A stretch of 63,191 nucleotides of DNA, filler included, from a bacterium (GTDB lineage: Bacteria; JAJRZV01), in NCBI GenBank assembly GCA_024275095.1. It is 4 parts of 4 records of this genome, joined end to end, with 100 filler letters (N's around TTAATTAATTAA, not from the genome) between each part and the next. Parts side by side here need not be neighbours in the genome. Positions count along the whole stretch, not along the records: positions 23,683 to 42,508 come from JAJRZV010000086.1; 3 more parts are not named here. One strand, given 5' to 3'. A program made the translations under genes and the position numbers. The notes beneath the pieces are model-generated. The model saw only the letters and a program-made list of their open reading frames with translations, ran no database searches and was not told the DNA's origin. Position 1 is the first letter of the stretch. Each line of letters begins with the position of its first letter. Below, in pieces: positions 30,695-40,657 of the stretch.

Positions 30695-31909
30695 ATGATC
30701 CTGCGATACTACATTCGCAAACATCTGCATCATCCTTTTCAGTTCACGGCTACCATAACAGTATTCGCGCTATCTACTTCCCTGCTTGCCTCATATTCCT
30801 CTATCATCGGGTCGCTGAAAACATCCATTGCAAGACAGGTTTCACGCTTCGGCGCCAATCTGATAGTCACTCCCTTGAAAAAAAATCTTACAGAAGAAGA
30901 TGCAATGTATATTAAAGATATATTCTGGCGCCATAACATTGCAGGAATAACACCCCTTGTTAAAATGCCCGTCATTGCACGCTTGAACCAAAAAAACGTA
31001 CGTTTAATGCTGGCATTTGTGTGGTTTGATAAAGCATTCACCAACACCCTTGGAGAGAAAGTTATAACAGGGGTAACACAGACCATCCCGTCTATAGAAC
31101 TTACTGATACTTCAATATTCCCACAAAGCGGCATTTACCTTCCCGCAGACATATACAGGCCCGGCCTTCAGGAAGTTTCTTTTGCAACTCCGTACGGAAA
31201 CAGGCGGCTCCCGGTTAAGGGGTTTTACCGCGGAGGGGGGGTACTCGAAGACCATGTACTCGCACCCTGGGATGTTTTAAAAAATTTTTTCCCTGATTCA
31301 CTGACCCAAGAATTGGAAATTCTGGTGAATGCAATAACCGTTCCTGAAGACGACTTTGCCAGGAAAGACCCCTCCACCATGACTCGAAGAGAATATGAAA
31401 AATGGTACTGCACCCCTTATGTGACATCTATCGCCAAGCAGATAAAAGAAAAATTGCCTCACGCGGGAGTGAAAATCCTGAATGAAAACATTCGCAAGAG
31501 AGAAGAAGTCTTTCGCTGGATGTACAGGAATTACATCGGCATCGTCGTATTTATTTTCATGGCAACAATCCTTGCTTTCACAGGTGTCAACACATTAACC
31601 ATTGACCAGCGTCGCCGCGAAATTGCTCTGTGGAAAGCCCTGGGCGCTACTTCCAGAGACATATTTATACTGACCACCACGGAAAGCCTCATTACTGCTG
31701 CTATTGCGGCGATATTCGCCATTCCACTGATGGCAGGGATCATCTGCTCACTGCGCAATTTGTTAAAAGGAGATGACATCACTCTCGAGTGGACAACCAC
31801 TATTCTTGCACTGGGATTGGCTGCCATCACCATATCGGTGTTATGGACAATTCTTCCCTGGAGAAGCATTCGAAATACAGAAACCTACCACTTTATTCGA
31901 CGGGAATGA
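30695..31909 (+). CDS. MacB/FtsX-like ABC permease, Fet-system type
   Basis: FGANLIV.P, IKDIFWRHNI, YEKWYCTPYVTSIA.QI, RRREIAL.KALGA. The WYC motif resembles permeases of P19/Ftr1-linked Fet iron systems. Confidence 0.75.
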   Translation: MILRYYIRKHLHHPFQFTATITVFALSTSLLASYSSIIGSLKTSIARQVSRFGANLIVTPLKKNLTEEDAMYIKDIFWRHNIAGITPLVKMPVIARLNQKNVRLMLAFVWFDKAFTNTLGEKVITGVTQTIPSIELTDTSIFPQSGIYLPADIYRPGLQEVSFATPYGNRRLPVKGFYRGGGVLEDHVLAPWDVLKNFFPDSLTQELEILVNAITVPEDDFARKDPSTMTRREYEKWYCTPYVTSIAKQIKEKLPHAGVKILNENIRKREEVFRWMYRNYIGIVVFIFMATILAFTGVNTLTIDQRRREIALWKALGATSRDIFILTTTESLITAAIAAIFAIPLMAGIICSLRNLLKGDDITLEWTTTILALGLAAITISVLWTILPWRSIRNTETYHFIRRE

Positions 31910-32859
31910 AGAGAAGATTTCTTATACGCTATTTCTTACGCGCATGGAATTATTACCGCTGGACATACATTCTCATGACGACGGCGCTCATGTTAATCGT
32001 TGCACCTGTGGCACTTCATGTGTTAATGAGCACGTCTGCCAATGAATTTATAAAAAAGAGTTCTAAATTTTCTATGGTAGAAATTTCTTCATCACAGAAA
32101 TGCAAATTGATAGATAAAAAATCCGTGCTATCACTTATAAGAAATTTTAAAAATGTCTCTGTTGTAGAAATGGAACTCGAATTATCCTGCGTTGACAAAA
32201 ATGGGATTCCCTTGAAAATACAGGCAAAATCTGATGGCCAAAGTAAAGCGTTATATTTTTCTCAGTGTACCACCGCCCCGTGTCTGCCCCTGGGTATCAC
32301 TACTAACATAATAAAACTTGAGGATGTGTGGCAACAAATTCCCTGGGCACAGGGAAAGCTCAGTCAAGTAGTGTTAAAGGCTGCAAATGCTGAAGCACTT
32401 GCTGTGTTTATCAACACGAGGACTCCCTCGTTACGAGCTCGTGTGCGCCACTCGTTCAAAGAGGCAGAACTTCAAACCCTTATACGCGTGAAGGCCTTTT
32501 ACCGCAATGCGTTTTTATTCTCCTGTATTCTTGGATTTATCGCCTTTATCACGATCTCTGTAGGGTTCATTAACCAACGAAAAAAGTCCTTTGCTGTAAT
32601 GCGGGCATGTGGAGCAGAAACCAGACATCTGATAAACCTTCTTGTTCTGGAATTGGGAACAGTGTATTTCGCTGCGGTATGTGTATCACTGATAAGCGTC
32701 GCCGTAGGCACATTAGCACTACGGGCGTATACAGCAACTACGCCGCTACTCATATCCACCGTGCTGGCTGTGTCCCTGCCATTGCTCCCCGTTGCCATCG
32801 CATTCAGCATGATACTCCAGGTCCTTAAAAGTTCAGACACATATACGCTCATGCGATAA
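31906..32859 (+). CDS. FtsX-like ABC permease (divergent)
   Basis: ATGA overlap, N-terminal TM, QRKKSFAVMRACGA, three C-terminal TMs. Confidence 0.65.
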   Translation: MKRRFLIRYFLRAWNYYRWTYILMTTALMLIVAPVALHVLMSTSANEFIKKSSKFSMVEISSSQKCKLIDKKSVLSLIRNFKNVSVVEMELELSCVDKNGIPLKIQAKSDGQSKALYFSQCTTAPCLPLGITTNIIKLEDVWQQIPWAQGKLSQVVLKAANAEALAVFINTRTPSLRARVRHSFKEAELQTLIRVKAFYRNAFLFSCILGFIAFITISVGFINQRKKSFAVMRACGAETRHLINLLVLELGTVYFAAVCVSLISVAVGTLALRAYTATTPLLISTVLAVSLPLLPVAIAFSMILQVLKSSDTYTLMR

Positions 32860-32880
32860 AAATGATTACCGGAGGATAAA

Positions 32881-33315
32881 ATGAAAAAGCAATATTTACT
32901 GCCGGCAATCCAATTTTGTGGTGGAGTACTCCTTGTTATCGCCGGACGCTGGCTGCTACCGGTGTGCGAATTTAAGGGAATGCGCGTGCATGTAGAAGGA
33001 GGCGGTTCTGTCCCCATGAAATGTTTGTTCACTCACGAAGCCATAGCACTTGTAGGAATACTTGTCATTTTAAACACGGCAATGGAGTTGATATTCGACA
33101 GAGTACTGCATAAACCTGTACTGTGGATGAGAATATTACTCTACCTCTCAGTGTTTTATTTAGCATATTATGCACCAGGTGTGTGTGCAGGACCCTCTAT
33201 GCCGTGTGTATCAGGAACACGTCCCCTGTGGACGGCGATAGCGTCGATCGGGATTTTCCTGACAGCCTTTCAGCTGTTCCTTTTAAAATCCTCCGGTCCC
33301 GGGGATAGACCCTGA
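32881..33315 (+). CDS. DUF4418-family Cys/Met membrane protein
   Basis: PVC...PMKC and GVCAGPSMPC...TRP motifs with about 4 TMs. Confidence 0.75.
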   Translation: MKKQYLLPAIQFCGGVLLVIAGRWLLPVCEFKGMRVHVEGGGSVPMKCLFTHEAIALVGILVILNTAMELIFDRVLHKPVLWMRILLYLSVFYLAYYAPGVCAGPSMPCVSGTRPLWTAIASIGIFLTAFQLFLLKSSGPGDRP

Positions 33316-33316
33316 G

Positions 33317-34513
33317 ATGACTTTCAGATCCAGTGTAAAAATACTTTCCTATCTACGAAACGAGCCAAGGCTTCAATATTTCTTTGTGTGCATATTCCTG
33401 TTCTTTACGGCTGTCTCATTCGTCATCTGCAGCGCCAGCGCTGTGCGCAGGGGCCTGAAACATGCTGAATTTTACGTCAGGGGAATGGTGATAATCACAC
33501 CGGAAAAACACCTGAAAAATGTGAGAAGTGTATTTCTCAAAGGAACACCTGACTCGTTCGTGTCTTCTCTCACAGAAGGGTTGGCGGTACACATAAAAGA
33601 AAAAGTCAACGTGGAACCATGCGTCATTACCCTGGCACATTCGGCTCCTGCCTCGTGTTGCGATGCAGGCAACCTCCTTATAGCAGCTTTTGGTGGTAAA
33701 TGCGCTTTCGCCATGAAAATGGCCGGCATATCCGGGGCTCAGCCCCGTCAGTTGAAAACAGACGAACTTCTTGCAGGGTGCAACATCAACCGCAAAGAAG
33801 GAATGCCTCTTGTCCTGTACGGCAAACGATTCACAGTAAAAGCCAAATTCAAACCCACGGGTTTAGGATTCTTCGACAATGCCGTGTTCATGAGCTATCA
33901 ATCTCTTCGGGAACTTTCGATACAAAGCCTGCAGCGTGACGACGTAAACAACCTCTTTATTCCTGAAAATGCCGTCTCATTCTATCTGCTTCCTTCCGGA
34001 TTATCCGGAATTAAAAGGCTGTGTTCCTCAACTCTGCTGGCAGATGCGGGGTTAAGGTGCTTTTTCCCTTCCAATGAATTGAGGATGCTATCTGAAAAAC
34101 TGCAAGTTGTCGGTTTCATGGCATTCTATTTTCCACTTGCTGCTGTTATCTTCTGTGCGCTTTTCACAGGGTTCCTGCTTATTATTCTAACCATCACAGC
34201 ACATCCCATGCTAATCCAGAATGCACTCTGGGGAGCAGCTCCCCGGGAATCAGGAAAAGACGCGCTGCTTCTCTTTCTGATAAGCGCGGGGATTCCCGCT
34301 GTTGCTGGTACATTTGTCGGTTCTTACATTTCACTTCTTTTTTCCCGCTACTTCACCGGGATGCTGGGAATTCCTTATTTAGAATCGAGAATGGTAACGG
34401 TAGTGGCGGTTATTTTATCCACAGGCTATGCACTGATCGCGGCGGCCATCTTTGCCATAATGACCTACTTCCGTATTCGAAAGGATATTCTCCTGGAGAG
34501 AATATACCTTTAA
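33317..34513 (+). CDS. ABC permease with periplasmic SCC motif (DUF4418-associated type)
   Basis: N-terminal TM, ASCCD, G..F.V......TG.GFFDNAVF, C-terminal TMs. Confidence 0.7.
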   Translation: MTFRSSVKILSYLRNEPRLQYFFVCIFLFFTAVSFVICSASAVRRGLKHAEFYVRGMVIITPEKHLKNVRSVFLKGTPDSFVSSLTEGLAVHIKEKVNVEPCVITLAHSAPASCCDAGNLLIAAFGGKCAFAMKMAGISGAQPRQLKTDELLAGCNINRKEGMPLVLYGKRFTVKAKFKPTGLGFFDNAVFMSYQSLRELSIQSLQRDDVNNLFIPENAVSFYLLPSGLSGIKRLCSSTLLADAGLRCFFPSNELRMLSEKLQVVGFMAFYFPLAAVIFCALFTGFLLIILTITAHPMLIQNALWGAAPRESGKDALLLFLISAGIPAVAGTFVGSYISLLFSRYFTGMLGIPYLESRMVTVVAVILSTGYALIAAAIFAIMTYFRIRKDILLERIYL

Positions 34514-34514
34514 A

Positions 34515-35174
34515 ATGCTTGAACTCCATCACATATCAAAGGTTTTTAATGTGCATGGTCGGGCAATATTTGCATTGAAAAATGTATCCTGCCAGTTTCG
34601 TGAAAAAGAACTTTACGTTGTCGCAGGCCCCAACGGAAGCGGTAAAACAACCCTTCTGCGAATTGCAGCATTTAACCTTCTTCCGTCATCAGGGGAAATA
34701 TTTCTCGATGGGGTTTATATCAACCCGCAAAATTCCCTCCTGAGAATTCAACTCAGAAGTTCCCTTATCAGCTTTTCACCACAGCATCCATGCCTGCCAC
34801 TCTGGCTTACAGGAACAGAGGCTGCCCGTTTCATTCCCAATATTCGAAAAGACCTGTTCGAATACTACTGTACAGTCCTCAAAGCCGAGGACGTTTTAAA
34901 ACGCCCTCTCGGAGAGCTGTCCATGGGGACGAGAAAAAAGGCAAATCACGCATTTGTTCTTTCCCGGGTCGCAAAGTACTACATATTCGACGAACCTTTC
35001 GCATTCTTAGACGATACTTCCCAGGAGTGCCTGCGAGAAATATTCTTCGACCTTACCGGCAAAATGTCTGCAACTGTAATTGTTTCCACACCGCACAATC
35101 TCATGCAGTCAAGCACAGAAAATGTTATTTTTCTGGAAAATGGAGAATGCGTAAAAGGACCCCATGAAATCTAA
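34515..35174 (+). CDS. ABC ATP-binding protein (degenerate)
   Basis: GPNGSGKTT and FDEP. The signature reads LSMGT and the H-switch region reads STPH. Confidence 0.75.
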   Translation: MLELHHISKVFNVHGRAIFALKNVSCQFREKELYVVAGPNGSGKTTLLRIAAFNLLPSSGEIFLDGVYINPQNSLLRIQLRSSLISFSPQHPCLPLWLTGTEAARFIPNIRKDLFEYYCTVLKAEDVLKRPLGELSMGTRKKANHAFVLSRVAKYYIFDEPFAFLDDTSQECLREIFFDLTGKMSATVIVSTPHNLMQSSTENVIFLENGECVKGPHEI

Positions 35175-35838
35175 CGAAGCAATCCTTACAGTCACCGGCA
35201 TTACCAAAATTTACGGAAACACCCTTGCGCTTAACAATGTCTCGTTTTTAATAAATTCCGGCGAATGGGTTTCCGTGATGGGGCCTTCAGGTTCGGGGAA
35301 AACCACACTCCTGGGCATCATTTCAGGAATCATCAAACCCTCTTCAGGAAAGGTCATCCTCACAGGAAAAGAAATTACAGCTATGAACGATGAAGAACTG
35401 AGCCTTATACGACGTCAGTGTATAGGACTCGTATTTCAAGAATACAATCTTATACCTTACCTGACAGCCCTGGAAAACGTGATGATGGCCCAGTATTTTC
35501 ACAGCATCGTAGATGAAGGTGAAGCTGTAGAGGTGCTCCACCAGATAGGGTTAGCCGAAAGAATGCATCACTTTCCTGCCCAGCTCTCGGGTGGCGAACA
35601 ACAAAGGGTAAGCATCGCCAGAGCCATAGTCAATCGCCCCCTTCTCCTGTTAGCTGACGAACCAACGGGCAACCTGGACAGGACTAATGCACAACGTATT
35701 ATGGAAATATTCAAACAGCTAAACGAAGAATTGGGGGTTACCATTATATGCGCAACACACGATGAATTCGTTGCTTCATTTTCACATCGAACCCTTATTC
35801 TCCACGATGGGCGTCTCTCAGGAGAACGGGTGAGGTGA
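35164..35838 (+). CDS. ABC ATP-binding protein (LolD/MacB-like)
   Basis: [38 protein letters not shown]. Confidence 0.93.
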   Translation: MKSNEAILTVTGITKIYGNTLALNNVSFLINSGEWVSVMGPSGSGKTTLLGIISGIIKPSSGKVILTGKEITAMNDEELSLIRRQCIGLVFQEYNLIPYLTALENVMMAQYFHSIVDEGEAVEVLHQIGLAERMHHFPAQLSGGEQQRVSIARAIVNRPLLLLADEPTGNLDRTNAQRIMEIFKQLNEELGVTIICATHDEFVASFSHRTLILHDGRLSGERVR

Positions 35839-37133
35839 ATCCTGTCACGCCCATTCTATTCCGGACTTTCGTTGTAGCTGTTCTTGCATTTCTTCTGTAT
35901 TTCACAAGCACCCATATAAAAGCAATTTCGCGGCGGGTCGCGTTGTTAACTCTGGCTTACCTGTGGGGTCTTCTCTGGTCCGGGCTGTATCTTGCCCAGT
36001 TCACCAATGCCGGGTACCGCATTGACAAAGTCTTCGTATTGTGGATGCTCAATACATTTCTGATCACCGGGGTACAGACATACTGGTGGCTCGCATCAAA
36101 AAACAAACAACCATCATGGATAAATCATATGTACATGGTGCTGGTATTTGTCATATTTGCTGCAATTATTTCAGAAGCAGACATGTCGTTCAGACACCTG
36201 GCATTTCTCAAACTAAACCGCGTATTTATCCCCATAGGGCACGTAGCCCTGCTGACAGGTGGGGGCCTGTCAATAACAATCGCTTTAATCATCACCAGAC
36301 GCTGGAATACCATTGTTGAACGAATACACCCGGCCTTTCCTCTTTTGCTCGTCTTTGCCTGCGTGTTTCTGTTTTACCCGAACGTAACCCTGCTCACCGC
36401 AATGGTTTTCGCACGCATAGCCCACGACGTGTTTCACTGGGCAAGCGTGTTTTTATTGCTACCGGATCATCCCTACCTCAGCAATCTCGTATGGGAAATA
36501 ATCGGGTTGCTATTTAAAAAAGGCACTGGCGTTCTCATTGCCCACGGGGCATTTGCCATTCTTGCCGCAACAGCATTTGGTGCATTTTACTACCACCGTG
36601 ACATACCACCGGAGGAGCTGAGCGGCCCTGAAAGACGCCTGTGGCTTGCAGCCAACATGCGCAGGAAAAGGCTCAACATGATATTTCTCGTACCCGTCTT
36701 CATCTCCATTTTCGCCAGCCTCACCCACTACCGTATAAAATCTCAGGCCATCTTCGACCCTGATCCGGTTCCTGTGGAACTCAACAAAGACGGCAGGGTC
36801 TACATACCGGTAAAGGACACGGGCGATGGCTCCATGCACAAATTTTCCGTTTCAATAGACAGGGTGAAAATCCGCTTCATCGTGCTTAAAAAACCCGACG
36901 GCAAGTGGAGTGTTGTACTTGATGCGTGCAACATATGCCCTCCCCAGGGTTACGCCCAGATCACAGGTGCACTTTTCTGTAAATACTGTGGAACCCCCAT
37001 ACCTCTCAACACTGTGGGGTTGCCGGGAGGGTGCAATCCCGTACCCGTGGAGTTTCACATTTCCGATGGGTTTATTATCGTGGACGGTAAACAATTGAAA
37101 AACACCTGGATTAACTCCACCAGAGGAAAATGA
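35835..37133 (+). CDS. Polytopic membrane protein with C-terminal DUF2318 (FtrD-like Fe-S) domain
   Basis: About 8-9 TMs followed by LDACNIC...GY.......FCKYC......G.PGGCNPVP. Confidence 0.85.
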   Translation: MNPVTPILFRTFVVAVLAFLLYFTSTHIKAISRRVALLTLAYLWGLLWSGLYLAQFTNAGYRIDKVFVLWMLNTFLITGVQTYWWLASKNKQPSWINHMYMVLVFVIFAAIISEADMSFRHLAFLKLNRVFIPIGHVALLTGGGLSITIALIITRRWNTIVERIHPAFPLLLVFACVFLFYPNVTLLTAMVFARIAHDVFHWASVFLLLPDHPYLSNLVWEIIGLLFKKGTGVLIAHGAFAILAATAFGAFYYHRDIPPEELSGPERRLWLAANMRRKRLNMIFLVPVFISIFASLTHYRIKSQAIFDPDPVPVELNKDGRVYIPVKDTGDGSMHKFSVSIDRVKIRFIVLKKPDGKWSVVLDACNICPPQGYAQITGALFCKYCGTPIPLNTVGLPGGCNPVPVEFHISDGFIIVDGKQLKNTWINSTRGK

Positions 37134-38509
37134 AACACAACTCTTCACTACGGCGTGTAATTGAATGCCTGGCTTTCGGGAGCGTGTTTCTGTATGTCAA
37201 CTACCTCATTATTTCGGGTAACGTTTCGGCCTTACTCGTGCAGGGAATAGAGATATGGCAGGGTGGTGAGTACGACTTGCCTCATCTACTTCACGACTTC
37301 ACTGTTGCACGTCTCATCGGCCTGGCTTTTCTGATTCTCATGCTGGTGCAGGCAACTCTTACTTTCATAAAAAACATTACATGGCACAGACAATTCACGG
37401 CGTCGATAACATCACCAGCGGATGTGCTCCGAAAAAAGAACCACACAGTTATCAAGTTACCGCTTTCGGATGAAGGCACCTCAAATTTCGTCACACGCAT
37501 CATCCTGTTTCTCAAAGAACACGGCTACAACACCTCTGCACTTGATACCTCCTCGTCCACAACCATCATTGAGGGACGCCGCGTACAAAAGGGGGTGACC
37601 GCTGCGTTTCTAACAAAGCTCTCTTTTATCGGTCTCCTTGCATCATTTTTCCTCAGTGCTATCTACAGGCAGGCTGTTGATGTAAATCTTGCAGAAGGTG
37701 AAATTTTTCACAGAATGCATCAGGCCGTGGCATCACGTTTTCAATGGCCTACCAGCAAATCAGAAAATCTAAAGCCCCTGATTCGCGACCTGCTCTCCCG
37801 TGGTTTTACAATCGAAAGCGTCATCTTCACCCGGGACGAGCTTCCTGCAGAAGCAGGTAAAGAACTTTTCGCAGGTGTACTTTATGCCCATGTTACGTAT
37901 ACATCTCCAGAAGCACAAGGTGATTTTCTTTTGGGATTTTTCCCACCCCATCGCGTAAAAAACACACTGTTTTTGAATGTTTCTGATTTCGGTTTCGCAC
38001 CCTGCATGCGCATATACCATAACAACCAAAGGGTATTCTCCAAGTGCGTGAAAATGAAACTCTTTCCAGTAGGCCGCGAGGATGGATTCCCCCTTCCAGG
38101 GGAGTCAAACGCCCGTCTGGTTTTTCGCCTGCGTGCTGAAAACGATGTTATTGATACCTATTCTCCCGCCTTCCACACCACCCTCTACTCAACCGGCGGA
38201 AAGGTTGAAGGAATTCTCAAAACCGGACAAACCCTGGCCCTCAGCTCCTACACGATCCTGCTGGTAAGAACGATTCCCTGGATCACCCTCACATTTACCC
38301 GCGATGCAGGCCTGGTGGTCCTGTGGCCGTCTTTAATAGCATTAATGTTCTCGTGTGTGCTTTACCTCGTGCTAAGCATTACTTCACGCACTCCTCGAGT
38401 GGTTGTGCTCGTCATGCGGTCTGGGAAGGACGTGAAAACATACGCAACCGGAACTTCAACATTTCTAAAAAAACTTACATATCACCTTTTGCAGCTGAGA
38501 CAGGAATAG
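37130..38509 (+). CDS. ResB/Ccs1-like membrane protein (divergent)
   Basis: Three N-terminal TMs, LAEGE, large periplasmic region, RDAG plus a last TM (compare ResB RDPG). Weak similarity judged by eye. Confidence 0.45.
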   Translation: MKHNSSLRRVIECLAFGSVFLYVNYLIISGNVSALLVQGIEIWQGGEYDLPHLLHDFTVARLIGLAFLILMLVQATLTFIKNITWHRQFTASITSPADVLRKKNHTVIKLPLSDEGTSNFVTRIILFLKEHGYNTSALDTSSSTTIIEGRRVQKGVTAAFLTKLSFIGLLASFFLSAIYRQAVDVNLAEGEIFHRMHQAVASRFQWPTSKSENLKPLIRDLLSRGFTIESVIFTRDELPAEAGKELFAGVLYAHVTYTSPEAQGDFLLGFFPPHRVKNTLFLNVSDFGFAPCMRIYHNNQRVFSKCVKMKLFPVGREDGFPLPGESNARLVFRLRAENDVIDTYSPAFHTTLYSTGGKVEGILKTGQTLALSSYTILLVRTIPWITLTFTRDAGLVVLWPSLIALMFSCVLYLVLSITSRTPRVVVLVMRSGKDVKTYATGTSTFLKKLTYHLLQLRQE

Positions 38510-38540
38510 AACCCTTAAAATTTAAACTCGAGAAAACAGG

Positions 38541-39131
38541 CTACCTGGCACCCTTTTTAAGCTCAATAAGCACCAGCTTCGAAATCGCCTTAAGCGTATC
38601 GAACACGCCCACGCCCTTGGTTGCCACCGCTTCAAAATCAGGCACACTCTCCTTGTTCAAAAGGGTACGCATTTCGTCAAGCGGGGCAGCATTGGGCAGG
38701 TCGCGCTTGTTGTACTGAATGACATAAGGTATCTTCTCCAGCGAAAGTCCCTGCTCTTTTAAATTATCTATCATGTTCTGGAAACTCTCGATGTTCGCTT
38801 CCATACGTTCCACCTGACTGTCCGCCACAAACACGATGCCATCAACACCTTTTAATATGAGCTTTCTGGAAGCATTGTAAAAAACCTGCCCGGGCACTGT
38901 ATAGAGATGAAAACGAATTTTAAATCCCCGAATTGTACCCAGATTAAGAGGTAGAAAGTCGAAGAAAAGAGTTCGTTCTGTCTCCGTGGCCAGTGAAATC
39001 ATCTTGCCTTTCTGGTCAGGTGCTGTTTTGTTGTATATGTACTGCAAATTCGTGGTTTTCCCGCAAAGTCCCGGACCGTAATAAACAATTTTGCAATTAA
39101 TCTCCCTGGATGAATAGTTTATGAAAGACAT
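38541..39131 (-). CDS. mglA: Small GTPase MglA
   Basis: [48 protein letters not shown]. Confidence 0.96.
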   Translation of the reverse strand: MSFINYSSREINCKIVYYGPGLCGKTTNLQYIYNKTAPDQKGKMISLATETERTLFFDFLPLNLGTIRGFKIRFHLYTVPGQVFYNASRKLILKGVDGIVFVADSQVERMEANIESFQNMIDNLKEQGLSLEKIPYVIQYNKRDLPNAAPLDEMRTLLNKESVPDFEAVATKGVGVFDTLKAISKLVLIELKKGAR

Positions 39132-39161
39132 CTGGCTCTACTACCCCCGCTCAGACAATAT

Positions 39162-39653
39162 TCACTCACTGAAAAGATTGTCAATATCATCATCGGTAAT
39201 CTCGGCAAAGGGGGACTCCTGGGCAGCCTCCTGTTCCACCTTGGACATGAGCCTTTGAAAGATATCATTCAGCTGCGCGCTTGCCTTTTTCACCCGGAGC
39301 CTGACCAGACCCAGCGAAGAGCGGTTATCGAAAATTACAACAAGAATGACTCTTTCCCCCACGAGAGACATGTGTATGTTATCTTTTTCACCTTCGTGAA
39401 AAATAATACTGAACTCTTTTTCCCCTATAAGACGGGCAATGCCACCCGTAGCTGCAATGTTACCTGCTGTAAGGGATGCAAGGGATGTGGTATCAAGGTT
39501 CTCTGTCTCCCCCGCACTGGCAACGAGCTGTCCATTTTTATCCACAAGGAACACGATGCGTGCGTTGGCCTCCCGTAAAAGGCGTTCCAGCACCTCTGTT
39601 ATTTCCCGGAATTCCTGCTCATACATTATAAGTGGAACATTATCCACAGCCAT
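39162..39653 (-). CDS. mglB: Roadblock/LC7 GAP MglB
   Basis: LVDKNGQL, DTTSLASLTAGNIAATGG, SSLGLVRLRV, FAEITDDDIDNLF. Confidence 0.95.
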   Translation of the reverse strand: MAVDNVPLIMYEQEFREITEVLERLLREANARIVFLVDKNGQLVASAGETENLDTTSLASLTAGNIAATGGIARLIGEKEFSIIFHEGEKDNIHMSLVGERVILVVIFDNRSSLGLVRLRVKKASAQLNDIFQRLMSKVEQEAAQESPFAEITDDDIDNLFSE

Positions 39654-39688
39654 ATCGTCTGCCCCGCTGTATTATTTGTACGGAGCAC

Positions 39689-39697
39689 ATTATATCA
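39689..39697 (-). promoter_or_regulatory. Putative extended -10 element of mglBA
   Basis: TGATATAAT (TGn-TATAAT) about 35 nt upstream of mglB. Confidence 0.4.
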
Positions 39698-39712
39698 AAA
39701 TATACCTTAATA

Positions 39713-40648
39713 TTAAAAAACCTTTAAGCCTGATTTATCCAGACTCAACAAACGCTCCCATTCCTCATCCACAGCCTCCTGAATTTTATTTATAAGCCCT
39801 CTGTTGGCCTCTGTAAAAAGATGACGGAAACGCCTCTGGCGCTTGAGAAACTCTTCTACGGGTTTTTTCTCGCGGGGTTTATACGTCACCCTCACCCGGC
39901 CATCCTCAATCTCGTAAAGGGGCCAGAAGCAGGTATCGGAGGCAAGCCTGGCCATTTCAACGCTCTCATGTTCAGGATAATTCCATCCGGGCACGCAGGA
40001 GGTGTACACATTGAGAAAAGCAGGGCCGTCTATCCGGAAGGCCTTTTCGGCCTTGGTGTAGAGGTCCTTCCAGTTGCCCATGGATGCCTGTGCCGCATAC
40101 TTTACTGGATGAGCAGCCACAATTTCTGTCAGGCGCTTACGCGGTTGCATTTTCCCGGGAATGACCCTGCCGGCAGGGGAAGTGGTGGTGCTGGAGAAAA
40201 GGGGCGTGGCGCTGGAACGCTGAATTCCTGTATTCATGTACGCCTCATTGTTATAACACACATAAACAAACCGATGCCCTCTCTCCAGTGCTCCTGAAAG
40301 GGCCTGCAGTCCAATATCGTATGTACCACCATCACCACCAAATGCAACTACGTTAATACGCTGGGCGAGTGCACCCTTCTTCTCCAGGGCTCTGATGGCA
40401 CTTTCTATACCTGCCGCCGTCGCCGCCGTATTCTCAAAGGCACTGTGCATCCATGGCACTCTCCATGCAGAATACGGGAAAATACTGGAAGCCACCTCCA
40501 GACATCCCGTGGCCGTCACCACAACCACAGGCTCTGGAGATGCATTGAGAACGAGCTTTACCACAATGGGAATACCGCATCCTGCACACATGCGGTGTCC
40601 ACCCGCAAGGGGACTACCCTTTGCTGCAATATCCTTCAACGTAGCCAT
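39713..40648 (-). CDS. porB: Pyruvate/2-oxoacid:ferredoxin oxidoreductase beta subunit
   Basis: GHRMCAGCG, ATGCLEV, GGDGGTYDIG, NNEAYMNTG.Q, CVPGW. Confidence 0.92.
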   Translation of the reverse strand: MATLKDIAAKGSPLAGGHRMCAGCGIPIVVKLVLNASPEPVVVVTATGCLEVASSIFPYSAWRVPWMHSAFENTAATAAGIESAIRALEKKGALAQRINVVAFGGDGGTYDIGLQALSGALERGHRFVYVCYNNEAYMNTGIQRSSATPLFSSTTTSPAGRVIPGKMQPRKRLTEIVAAHPVKYAAQASMGNWKDLYTKAEKAFRIDGPAFLNVYTSCVPGWNYPEHESVEMARLASDTCFWPLYEIEDGRVRVTYKPREKKPVEEFLKRQRRFRHLFTEANRGLINKIQEAVDEEWERLLSLDKSGLKVF

Positions 40649-40657
40649 TGTTACCTC

